Shown piece by piece: positions 1 to 8,203 of a stretch of 64,000 nucleotides of DNA; position 1 is the stretch's first letter, and every line of letters starts with the position of its first letter. The notes under the pieces were generated by a model that was given only the letters and a program-made list of their open reading frames with translations, was not told where the DNA came from and made no database searches. The translations under genes and the position numbers were made by a program. This stretch comes from Candidatus Cloacimonadales bacterium (lineage in GTDB: Bacteria > Cloacimonadota > Cloacimonadia > Cloacimonadales > JAIOQZ01): the NCBI GenBank assembly GCA_963665815.1, contig OY762463.1, positions 2,784,001 through 2,848,000 on the forward strand. Direction: 5' to 3'.

Positions 1-1520
1 ATTGCACCTCTCTCCCAGTTTGGGCTAACTTCTGGGTATATTGGATTGTACCATGGATAATCTATATTATCATTTATTGGGTGCGGCCAGTGTGGTGGAT
101 CCCCCGGAGGATAAAATGCCCGGTGCAGATCGGGATACATATAATTAGCCGGTCCCGGTGTACCCGGAGCTGTATAATTGTACAAGTGAGGTGTTGCAGT
201 ATGCGGGAAATGGTACTGAAATGTAAAAATACCATCTTCCCAGCCATCTCCATGACCGAGTGCAGCAAGGGCTGCATAAATGTATATATCATTGCAGTTT
301 GGCTTGGAAGCCAGTGGGGCTTCCGGCTCTCTATAAGCATAGGCAATAAAGATTCTGCGTTCTGAAACCAGACCGACAAAATCATGATTATTCTTAGGAA
401 GTGAAAAATCGTTAGTTGCTATATTGAAACCATCCGGACAAGTACCAATATCAGGAGTACTCATAAGCAGTATATCATCTACCAGAAACATGTCATCAGA
501 GCATGCCCAGGTCTGAGCTCCTGCAAAAGTTCCCTTTATCCACATTTCAGAGTCTATGAACATCGAACCGTTCTGTAATGTTCCGGTAAGAGGAGTTGAC
601 CACACTGTATCAATGAATGTAATTGTGTTGGATCCTATCGGATTACCTATTGGACCGTATGGGGGATAGCTGTCATAAACTGTAAGTGTCTGTGAATTTT
701 CCTGAAAACTGGCAGTTTCAACAGTATAATTAATTCCATCTACTACAACATATGCAAGATCATAATAGCCGTTTATTCTAGCTCCGTTGGCTCGTACAAG
801 TTCTGCTGTTGGACGAAACTCAACATATCCGACTTCTTCGTCATATCCGCCTAGAAAAACATCGTCATAAGGTATAGATCCACTCTGAGCCTCAATCGTC
901 TGATGAGTTGTGACATATTCGTGAAACAACGGCCAGCCACCACCTCTGTTCTGAATCCAGATTGTTGAATTACTGTGAACTCTTCCCCAGATTTCATCCC
1001 TGCCCCAGAAGTATACAGGCCCGTCATTGACTGAAATGTCTGATTCCGTAATATACATGAATCCCGCAAAAGTTTCCTTCCTGAACTCCAGTTCTGCATA
1101 CTTTTCTATCATTGATCTCTTGTCTATACCTGTAAAATTAGTGAAGGACGCATCTTTACGGAATGCTCTTATTTTCGACTTGATTTCTTTCTGGTTGCTG
1201 TTGGTAAATACACCATTTACCATTTTGTTCTGTATGTATGTTTTACAGATGTAAGTTGTTCTTGAATTGCCTGATTCAATTTCCCATCTATGGTAAGGAA
1301 GCTGCAGTCGATATAAAGAAATGTTGCTTCTTCTGAGATATGTAGTCCCTCTGTCCATTTCAGATCTTAATAGATGAGTCTCCTGCATCAGATCAATAAA
1401 CAATCTGAGATTAGCAGAATCTCCCATCACTAATATTGACATAGTGATACTTGTAAGTATTGCCACAAGAGCAAGAACAACAGCAGATACAAGATTCCCA
1501 CGCTCGTTATTATAAACCAA
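1..1520 (-). CDS. PilX-like N-terminus / DUF4900-like protein, 3' end outside the window (absent from ORF track)
   Basis: My translation: AGGAG RBS, then TTG at 1520 giving MVYNNERG|NLVSAVVLALVAILTSITMSILV (prepilin-like G| plus hydrophobic helix). Internal FAGFMYITE..VYFWGRDEIWGRVHSN. I translated 1520-961 and the last 60 nt (YPWYNPIYPEVSPNWERGA), all in one frame without stops; 61-960 was not checked codon by codon. Confidence 0.8.
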   Translation of the reverse strand, partial: MVYNNERGNLVSAVVLALVAILTSITMSILVMGDSANLRLFIDLMQETHLLRSEMDRGTTYLRRSNISLYRLQLPYHRWEIESGNSRTTYICKTYIQNKMVNGVFTNSNQKEIKSKIRAFRKDASFTNFTGIDKRSMIEKYAELEFRKETFAGFMYITESDISVNDGPVYFWGRDEIWGRVHSNSTIWIQNRGGGWPLFHEYVTTHQTIEAQSGSIPYDDVFLGGYDEEVGYVEFRPTAELVRANGARINGYYDLAYVVVDGINYTVETASFQENSQTLTVYDSYPPYGPIGNPIGSNTITFIDTVWSTPLTGTLQNGSMFIDSEMWIKGTFAGAQTWACSDDMFLVDDILLMSTPDIGTCPDGFNIATNDFSLPKNNHDFVGLVSERRIFIAYAYREPEAPLASKPNCNDIYIYAALAALGHGDGWEDGIFTFQYHFPHTATPHLYNYTAPGTPGPANYMYPDLHRAFYPPGDPPHWPHPINDNIDYPWYNPIYPEVSPNWERGA

Positions 1521-1864
1521 AATAACTCCTCGCTTATTTCCGGTTCCCAACCTTTTCGGAAATAATTTGATAATGTCTAATGTTTTCACCGTGTAACTTT
1601 CATTATTTTCTGTATTTTTTTTAAGCGTGTCAAGATTTTAACTTCTGAAATGACATTTTAATTTACTGAAACACTTTTATATGGGCTATACATCCGGAGA
1701 CTTTACATAACAGGGTAAGGTATTTCGTTTTTTTAAAAAGGTTTCTCTATTAAGCGTTCTTTATGAATCTGGGAATTTCATCGAAGCTTTTTTGTAAAAT
1801 CTGCTTGATTTTCCTAATATCAAAGCTCTCATTCAATCTGGATTAAGCACTTTATTGACAAAGA

Positions 1865-1893
1865 TTGACTTGTTCAGCAAAATGACTTATATT
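1865..1893 (+). promoter_or_regulatory. sigma70-type promoter for malY-mscS-TSUP operon
   Basis: TTGACT-17 bp-TATATT just upstream of GGAG RBS and ATG 1911. Confidence 0.55.
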
Positions 1894-1910
1894 TCTAAAC
1901 TGGAGAAGTA

Positions 1911-3083
1911 ATGTATAATTTCGATAAAAAAGTGAAAAGAGCTGGTACAAGCAGTGTAAAATGGGATTTTAGAAAAGAAGTTTTCGGAACTGAAGATGTG
2001 TTACCAATGTGGGTAGCTGATATGGATTTTGAAATTGCTCCGGAAATCAAAAAAGCTTTGGCAGATGCCGCAGAATTCGGTGTTGTAGGTTATACCGGAA
2101 AGCGAGAAGAATTCTATAATGCAGTTCAGGCATGGATGAAGAATGAGTTCGACTGGGATATAGATCATGAAAATATCATAAGCACACCCGGAATAGTCAC
2201 TGCCCTTAATCTAGCAGTGAATGCCTATACTGAAGAGGGTGATAAAATCCTCGTGCAGAACCCTGTTTACTATCCTTTCATGAATGCCGTGACACTAAAT
2301 AACAGGACACTTATAATCAATTACTTAGTTGAGAATAATAATTACTATACAATAGATTTTGATGTGCTCGAAAAACAATTATCAGAAAATGTAAAAATGT
2401 TTATCTTATGCAGTCCACATAATCCGGTAGGTAGAGTATGGAAAAAGAAAGAGATACAGCAGATTATCGATCTTTGCAGGAAATACGATGTTCTATTGCT
2501 ATCCGATGAAATCCATCAGGATCTGGTTTATACTGAGCATTATACAACTGCGGTAGTTGATCCTTCTTTCAGCAGCAGGATTATAACCTGTACTGCTCCG
2601 AGTAAGACATTCAATGTTCCCGGGCTGTGTTCTTCAGCTATAATCATAACGGATAATGAACTGCGAGAAAAGTTCATCAATGTGATTAACAAATGGGGAT
2701 TGCTTCTTGGTAACTACTTTGGAACAGTAGGACATACGGCAGCATATAATCACGGGAAAGCCTGGTTGGAAGAGTTGAAGCAATACTTGATTGGCAACAT
2801 TGAGTTTACACATGAGTACATTGAGAGAAACATGCCGATTATCAGTATGAGTAAACCTGAGGGAACTTATCTGCTCTGGTTGAACTGCAAAAATCTGAAT
2901 ATGTCTGATGATGAAATGAAAAAATTCTTTACAGAAGAAGCAAAAGTAGGACTTGATGCAGGAGCTAAATTCGGCACAAACGGATCGGGCTACATGAGAA
3001 TGAACATTGCTGCTCCACGTTCAGTAGTGGAAGAGGGACTAAACAGAATACATAATGCTCTGAAAAGGAAAAACATTATATGA
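1911..3083 (+). CDS. malY: MalY/PatB family PLP-dependent cystathionine beta-lyase
   Basis: SVKWD, LPMWVADMDF, CSPHNPVGRVW, SDEIH, APSKTFN (PLP lysine) motifs. Confidence 0.9.
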   Translation: MYNFDKKVKRAGTSSVKWDFRKEVFGTEDVLPMWVADMDFEIAPEIKKALADAAEFGVVGYTGKREEFYNAVQAWMKNEFDWDIDHENIISTPGIVTALNLAVNAYTEEGDKILVQNPVYYPFMNAVTLNNRTLIINYLVENNNYYTIDFDVLEKQLSENVKMFILCSPHNPVGRVWKKKEIQQIIDLCRKYDVLLLSDEIHQDLVYTEHYTTAVVDPSFSSRIITCTAPSKTFNVPGLCSSAIIITDNELREKFINVINKWGLLLGNYFGTVGHTAAYNHGKAWLEELKQYLIGNIEFTHEYIERNMPIISMSKPEGTYLLWLNCKNLNMSDDEMKKFFTEEAKVGLDAGAKFGTNGSGYMRMNIAAPRSVVEEGLNRIHNALKRKNII

Positions 3084-3967
3084 AAGACATGCTAAACGTA
3101 TTTCAGGGTGCATCTTTTGAAGCGCTGATCAGCAAAGCGATATCTACAGGTTTGATATTGCTGAGTCTATGGATAGCCAGAATCTCTTATAACAGATTTA
3201 TCCTGAAAAGGATTAAAAATGTTAAAACAAAATATAAATGGAACAAAGTATTCTCATACGCCATCGCAATTATTGGTATTTTGATGATTGGTCGTACCTG
3301 GTTCAGTGGAATCAAGTCACTTACAAACTTTCTTGGTATTCTTACTGCGGGACTTGCGATTGCTCTTAAAGACCTTATCATTGGCTTTGCCGGATGGCTC
3401 TTTATTCTGTGGAGAAGACCATTCGAAACCGGTGATCGTATTGAAATCGGTGAATACGCAGGAGATGTGATTGATATTCGCCCACTTCACTTTACAATAC
3501 TTGAAATAGGAAACTGGGTTGATGCTGACCAGAGTACAGGTAGAATGATTCAGATTCCCAATAACTTCATTTTTACGCACGCTGTGAACAACTATCAGAG
3601 TGGTTTCGATTATATCTGGAATGAAATTCCTGTCCTACTTACTTTCGAAAGCAACTGGAAGAAAGCAGGAAAAATCCTGAAAGATATAATTGATGAACAT
3701 ACAAAGGATACAGTTCAAGAAGCTAAAAAACAAATCCAGAATGCTTCCAGAAAATTCATGATCATTTATAAGCATTTTACTCCGGCTGTTTATACAGATG
3801 TAAAAGACAGTGGAGTTAACTTGACCATGCGTTATCTTTGCCGTGTTCGCAGCAGAAGAAGCAGTACACATGCAATATGGGAAAAAGTGCTGGTAGAATT
3901 TGATAAGCACGAAGATATTGATCTGGCATATCCTACTATAAGGTATTATCAGCAGAAAAATGGTTGA
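3080..3967 (+). CDS. mscS: MscS family mechanosensitive channel
   Basis: Three TM helices, GLAIALKD..AGW..RPFETGDRIEIG, IPNN motifs; ATGA overlap with malY. Confidence 0.88.
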   Translation: MKDMLNVFQGASFEALISKAISTGLILLSLWIARISYNRFILKRIKNVKTKYKWNKVFSYAIAIIGILMIGRTWFSGIKSLTNFLGILTAGLAIALKDLIIGFAGWLFILWRRPFETGDRIEIGEYAGDVIDIRPLHFTILEIGNWVDADQSTGRMIQIPNNFIFTHAVNNYQSGFDYIWNEIPVLLTFESNWKKAGKILKDIIDEHTKDTVQEAKKQIQNASRKFMIIYKHFTPAVYTDVKDSGVNLTMRYLCRVRSRRSSTHAIWEKVLVEFDKHEDIDLAYPTIRYYQQKNG

Positions 3968-4745
3968 AATAACCTTAAACACTTACTTAATAGTTCTTCC
4001 TCTGATTTTCTTTGCAGGGCTTGTTGATGCTATCGCCGGTGGTGGAGGACTCATTTCTCTTCCTGCATATTTTGCAGCAGGACTCCCACCTCACTTTGCT
4101 TTGGGGAATAATAAATTCTCTTCAGTTTTCGGAACAACTCTTACAACTGTAAAATACTATCGCAATAATATGATAGATGTTAAGTTTGCCGTAACCGCAG
4201 CAGCAGCGGCACTTATAGGATCATTTAGTGGAACAAATCTCGTGTTGATTCTTGATCCGTTCTTCCTGAACTATCTTCTAATAATTGCAATACCTATCGT
4301 GGCAGTGTTCAGTTTACGTCATAAGGAGCTGGGAAAAGTATCTGAGTTTCATGTGAACTCACCCGGAAGAAAGGTTGTTATTGCCTTGCTCACCGGATTT
4401 ATTGTCGGTTTCTGGGATGGTTTTTTCGGACCGGGAACAGGGAGCTTTATTGTTCTGATCTTTACAGTATTTCTGAAGATGGATTTTGTTTCTGCTAATG
4501 CTAATGCCAAAGTAATCAATCTCTGTTCTAATCTTGCAGCAATTATCACTTACCTGCTTCATGGTAAAGTTATCTTCGCAATAGGTATTCCGGCTGTTGT
4601 CTTTGGAATGGCAGGTAACTATGTGGGATCTCATTTTGTAATAAAAAAGGGAAGAAAGATTATTTTCCCTGTGTTTATATCCGTGTTAGTTCTTCTTCTT
4701 GTTAAAGTTCTCTATGATGTGTTAAAGGATTCAGGTATTATCTGA
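3960..4745 (+). CDS. TSUP (TauE/SafE) family transporter
   Basis: AGLVDAIAGGGGLISLP and GFWDGFFGPGTGSF repeats. Confidence 0.9.
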   Translation: MVEITLNTYLIVLPLIFFAGLVDAIAGGGGLISLPAYFAAGLPPHFALGNNKFSSVFGTTLTTVKYYRNNMIDVKFAVTAAAAALIGSFSGTNLVLILDPFFLNYLLIIAIPIVAVFSLRHKELGKVSEFHVNSPGRKVVIALLTGFIVGFWDGFFGPGTGSFIVLIFTVFLKMDFVSANANAKVINLCSNLAAIITYLLHGKVIFAIGIPAVVFGMAGNYVGSHFVIKKGRKIIFPVFISVLVLLLVKVLYDVLKDSGII

Positions 4746-4986
4746 TTGTATCTTCATTATCAGAATAGTTTGCAGGAAGATATCTTTGCATAATTGGAGT
4801 AGTTGACTCGATTTTAGAATTCAACGAATTCTGACTCAAATTTGTTTCTCTAAGTGTTTTTTTGATGAATTCAAAAAATCTTATCTATACTTTTTAACCA
4901 ATTCTGCATGATTTTGCTATTATGCAAAGCTCTGAGGAAAATTAAGCATAACGAATTATATTGTTTATGAATTGAGAGGAATGTGA

Positions 4987-5940
4987 ATGAAAAATATATG
5001 TATATTGTTGATTGCCGCTTCACTATTTTACTGTGCTCCCTGTGAAAAAGATTTTAAAGATTTATCAGTGATCTACTCGATTGATTTATCAAGTAATATC
5101 AATCATTGTATAACATATCCTGTTTCAACATTATCATATAAGAGTAAATTGTATGTAATAGGTGACGAAATTGTAAACATATACGATCATGATCTGAATT
5201 TTATCAGCTCTTTTGGAGGCAAAGGACAAGCCCCGGGTGAGTTTAAAGGCGGTAATGGTCTTTGCGTTTTGAATGATACTTTATTTGTCAGCGACTTAGC
5301 TAACTACAGGGTTCAATCATTTTCATTGGAAGGGAAATTTCTATCTTCATTTAAATGTGATTTACCAACTAAAATTGATAAAATAAACAAACAGTTAATA
5401 GTATCTTCTTTCGATGTGCTGGATCATTTAAGAATTTATAAACCACGATCTGAGAAAAAAAACAACATTTTTAACTTATCTACAATCAAAGAGCATAGAG
5501 AACTGCTTAAAACATATCCAATATTTTCTGTGTTAAATAAAAAAATAATTCTTTCATGTTCAAATAGTAAAGTCTCAAGATTTTTTGAAATCAGTTCGAT
5601 AGATGCAAAGGAGTTGGAACTCAGTAATAAGTTTTTAGAAATGGATATCTCTGATATATCAAACATGGTTGCCTACAATAATAAATTGTATGTTATTGGA
5701 TTTATTCTGGATAGATCTAACCACAGGGAATTTGAAGTGACGTCTTCTAAACAGGCAAAAGAACTGGCAAATTTCAAGGAAATATTATTCGAGATAGATG
5801 CAGATTACAACATTGCTAATCAATATCTGATACCAGAAAACATTATCGCTATGAGGCATACACTTTGTGTTGATAATTCCCATATCTACATCATAGACGT
5901 TTTCGATAAATATTTATACAAACTAAAAATGGAGAATTAA
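4987..5940 (+). CDS. 6-bladed beta-propeller (NHL-like) exported protein/lipoprotein
   Basis: Signal peptide with Cys; FGGKGQAPGEF..LFVSD..NYRVQ.F NHL-like blade. Confidence 0.7.
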   Translation: MKNICILLIAASLFYCAPCEKDFKDLSVIYSIDLSSNINHCITYPVSTLSYKSKLYVIGDEIVNIYDHDLNFISSFGGKGQAPGEFKGGNGLCVLNDTLFVSDLANYRVQSFSLEGKFLSSFKCDLPTKIDKINKQLIVSSFDVLDHLRIYKPRSEKKNNIFNLSTIKEHRELLKTYPIFSVLNKKIILSCSNSKVSRFFEISSIDAKELELSNKFLEMDISDISNMVAYNNKLYVIGFILDRSNHREFEVTSSKQAKELANFKEILFEIDADYNIANQYLIPENIIAMRHTLCVDNSHIYIIDVFDKYLYKLKMEN

Positions 5941-5943
5941 TTC

Positions 5944-6858
5944 ATGAAACTCATACATATACTTATGTTCTCAGTGACTCTGTATTTGATTGGATGTAAC
6001 TCCCATAAGACAATGACACTTACTCCTGTTGATTCTCTTGGATGGCAGGATGATTTGAATTATTCTCTCGGAGAAGTATATGAAATGGAAGTATCAGACA
6101 ATATTGTGTATTGTCTTGATGCGAAAGCAAACAAAGTAAAAGCATTCAGAACTGAAAATTTAAGTTTCATTGATGAATATGGTAGTTCAGGTGCAGGTCC
6201 TGGAGAGCTCTCATTTCCATTATCTATGGCTGTATCAGGTGACAATCTTATCGTATCGGATATTGCATTAAGAAAGCTTCAAGTCTATGCTAAAGATAAA
6301 GTTCTATCTAACCAGCGAAGTATTGATTTTCTTGTTAATCTATATTCCTATAAAGATAGAATTTACTATAATACGAATCACCTGCTTAAGAATTCAGGTA
6401 TCTATTTATATAACAATGATAAAGATGATGTTAAGCTTATGGAGTTATCAGAATTAGTAAAAAAGTCCGGTTTGGAAGAAACTCAATTTGATAAACTTGA
6501 TTTTGCAATAAGCGAGAATAATATATTTATCCTCCATAAAATGCCTGCTAAAGTATTTATTGCTGAAATCGAAGGTGATCTAAGAGAAATTGAGCTGGAA
6601 GAACCTGAATTCTCATTTAAGGACCCTCTACTGATGAAAATAGAGACATATAAAGATGGATTTATTGTTTTTGGAAGAGCATTATCTAATGATAAGCAGC
6701 TCGTTAATGCAATCATACATTATAATTGCGATGGCTCAATCAGTAAATCATGGTTACTCGACATTGGACAAGAGGAAGCCTTGTTTACTGGGACTTATGA
6801 CAGTAATTATTTTTATTGCTGGTATTTTAACGGAAACCTGTATAAGTTCAGAAAATAG
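5944..6858 (+). CDS. 6-bladed beta-propeller lipoprotein
   Basis: Lipobox LIGC; YGSSGAGPGELSFP..VSD blade. Confidence 0.7.
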   Translation: MKLIHILMFSVTLYLIGCNSHKTMTLTPVDSLGWQDDLNYSLGEVYEMEVSDNIVYCLDAKANKVKAFRTENLSFIDEYGSSGAGPGELSFPLSMAVSGDNLIVSDIALRKLQVYAKDKVLSNQRSIDFLVNLYSYKDRIYYNTNHLLKNSGIYLYNNDKDDVKLMELSELVKKSGLEETQFDKLDFAISENNIFILHKMPAKVFIAEIEGDLREIELEEPEFSFKDPLLMKIETYKDGFIVFGRALSNDKQLVNAIIHYNCDGSISKSWLLDIGQEEALFTGTYDSNYFYCWYFNGNLYKFRK

Positions 6859-6898
6859 ACTGGGGCATTGTGATAACTATCAACACAGTAATGACTGT

Positions 6899-7045
6899 TT
6901 ATTGTTCAATAAAGTAAAGGCTGTTTTTAGATGGAGATGTAACAAGAAATATATATTTATCAATAATATCAATGTTATATCCAAGCATATCTTCCTAAGG
7001 TAGATTTAATCTGGTTATCATGAAATCAGAATGGGAAAGAAGCTT
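6899..7045 (-). pseudogene. C-terminal remnant of a paralog of the 7118..8104 beta-propeller gene
   Basis: Translates KLLSHSDFMITRLNLP*EDMLGYNIDIIDKYIFLVTSPSKNSLYFIEQ*, versus KLPLTDSGFEVSGINLPRDDMLGYKINIIDSERFLITSPAKNNLYIINY* in the intact gene (about 27/48 identical by hand). In-frame TAG at 6995-6997; no 5' part. Confidence 0.85.
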
Positions 7046-7079
7046 TCAAAATAATAACACAAATTTGTTAAAATATATG

Positions 7080-7109
7080 AGGACTGCTTAATCGGCAGTC
7101 CTTTTTTTT
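7080..7109 (+). terminator. intrinsic terminator, possibly bidirectional
   Basis: AGGACTGC-ttaatcg-GCAGTCCT followed by a T run, between convergent genes. Confidence 0.8.
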
Positions 7110-7117
7110 GTAGGTCG

Positions 7118-8104
7118 CTAATAGTTGATAATATAAAGATTATTTTTTGCCGGAGAAGTAATTAGAAACCTTTCACTATCAATAATGTTTATTTTATATC
7201 CAAGCATATCATCTCGAGGAAGGTTGATTCCTGAAACCTCGAAACCGGAATCTGTAAGCGGAAGTTTTGCAGTTACTATATAATAGTTCATATCATCAAT
7301 AGGTATCCTACCTTCCTGAGTTCCGGTAAATCCACCACCGGATAGAAATATTAATGAGCTATCTTTTATGATAATGTCGGAGCAATATACCGTACCGGTA
7401 CAAGATGTCATTCTATTACCATTTTGTACAACTTCAGCTTTCTTATGAGGATTATTTGCTTCGTATTGGTATGTAGTTATTCCATTTGTTTTCAGATCTA
7501 TTTCAATAATTTCGTTTCTTGTTAAATAGCCGCCATATAGCTTTTCTTCAGAGTAAGCCAGATTCAATATGTTGCTGATCGCTGAAGTCATATCTCCCTT
7601 CAAACTATTGGCAATGTATGTATTGATTTGCTCTCCGGTATGATTGTATTCATAAATAAGGAATTCAGATACACTTGTAGTGACAAATATGGATTTTTCT
7701 GTAATCAGCATTGAGTTGGGAGGATAATTCAATGATACTGCTGATACAAAAGAAAAATTCTCCGTAAACTCAGTGATTCTCATCAAGGCTCTGTCCATGA
7801 TAAACAAGTGATTATTTTGAAATCCCATATCCGATACGTTCCTGTATTCTCCCGGACCTTCACCAATGTTAAAGAGAGAGTCTACCATTATTCCATCTTT
7901 AACCTTGAAAACGGTGTTTTGAAACAAATCATAAACATAAATAGCATCAGTACCAATACAAACTGAAGCAGGAGACTCAATTTGCGTTACATTAACACTA
8001 TCGATATATCCCGAATAAGTTGCATTGTTTTCTGCATCAGAACAGCTTGTAGAAATTACCGCTAAAAGCAGTAATAGTGGAAAATAAATTTTCATAATCA
8101 TCAC
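7118..8104 (-). CDS. 6-bladed beta-propeller lipoprotein
   Basis: Lipoprotein-like signal (STSC); IGEGPGEY..LFIMD blade. Confidence 0.7.
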   Translation of the reverse strand: MMIMKIYFPLLLLLAVISTSCSDAENNATYSGYIDSVNVTQIESPASVCIGTDAIYVYDLFQNTVFKVKDGIMVDSLFNIGEGPGEYRNVSDMGFQNNHLFIMDRALMRITEFTENFSFVSAVSLNYPPNSMLITEKSIFVTTSVSEFLIYEYNHTGEQINTYIANSLKGDMTSAISNILNLAYSEEKLYGGYLTRNEIIEIDLKTNGITTYQYEANNPHKKAEVVQNGNRMTSCTGTVYCSDIIIKDSSLIFLSGGGFTGTQEGRIPIDDMNYYIVTAKLPLTDSGFEVSGINLPRDDMLGYKINIIDSERFLITSPAKNNLYIINY

Positions 8105-8153
8105 CCTTAATGTTTTTTAAAATAAATGTGATTTAGAACTACACGTGTCAAAT

Positions 8154-8181
8154 AAAAAAAGGACGGCTTTCACCGTCCTTT
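8154..8181 (-). terminator. intrinsic terminator of the AOR operon
   Basis: GGACGG/CCGTCC stem with an A7 run on + (U tract on -). Confidence 0.8.
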
Positions 8182-8203
8182 CTCCTTCTATGTAACTAAG
8201 GTT

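Noticed and set aside
74-1254. short track ORFs 74..385, 81..365, 851..1099, 1027..1254
   Set aside because: Shadow ORFs of the long minus-strand gene starting at 1520.
4797-4878. short palindromes (AGAATTC-AAC-GAATTCT; TTTTTTGA-TGAAT-TCAAAAAA)
   Set aside because: AT-rich and plausible by chance; no regulator can be assigned.
4902-4919. sigma54 promoter-like TTCTGCATGATTTTGCTA
   Set aside because: Lacks the invariant GG at -24.
6899-7270. DGR template/variable repeat pair
   Set aside because: Differences are not restricted to adenines (e.g. TCC/ACA, CAT/GAT, TCT/TCC), and no reverse transcriptase is in the window.
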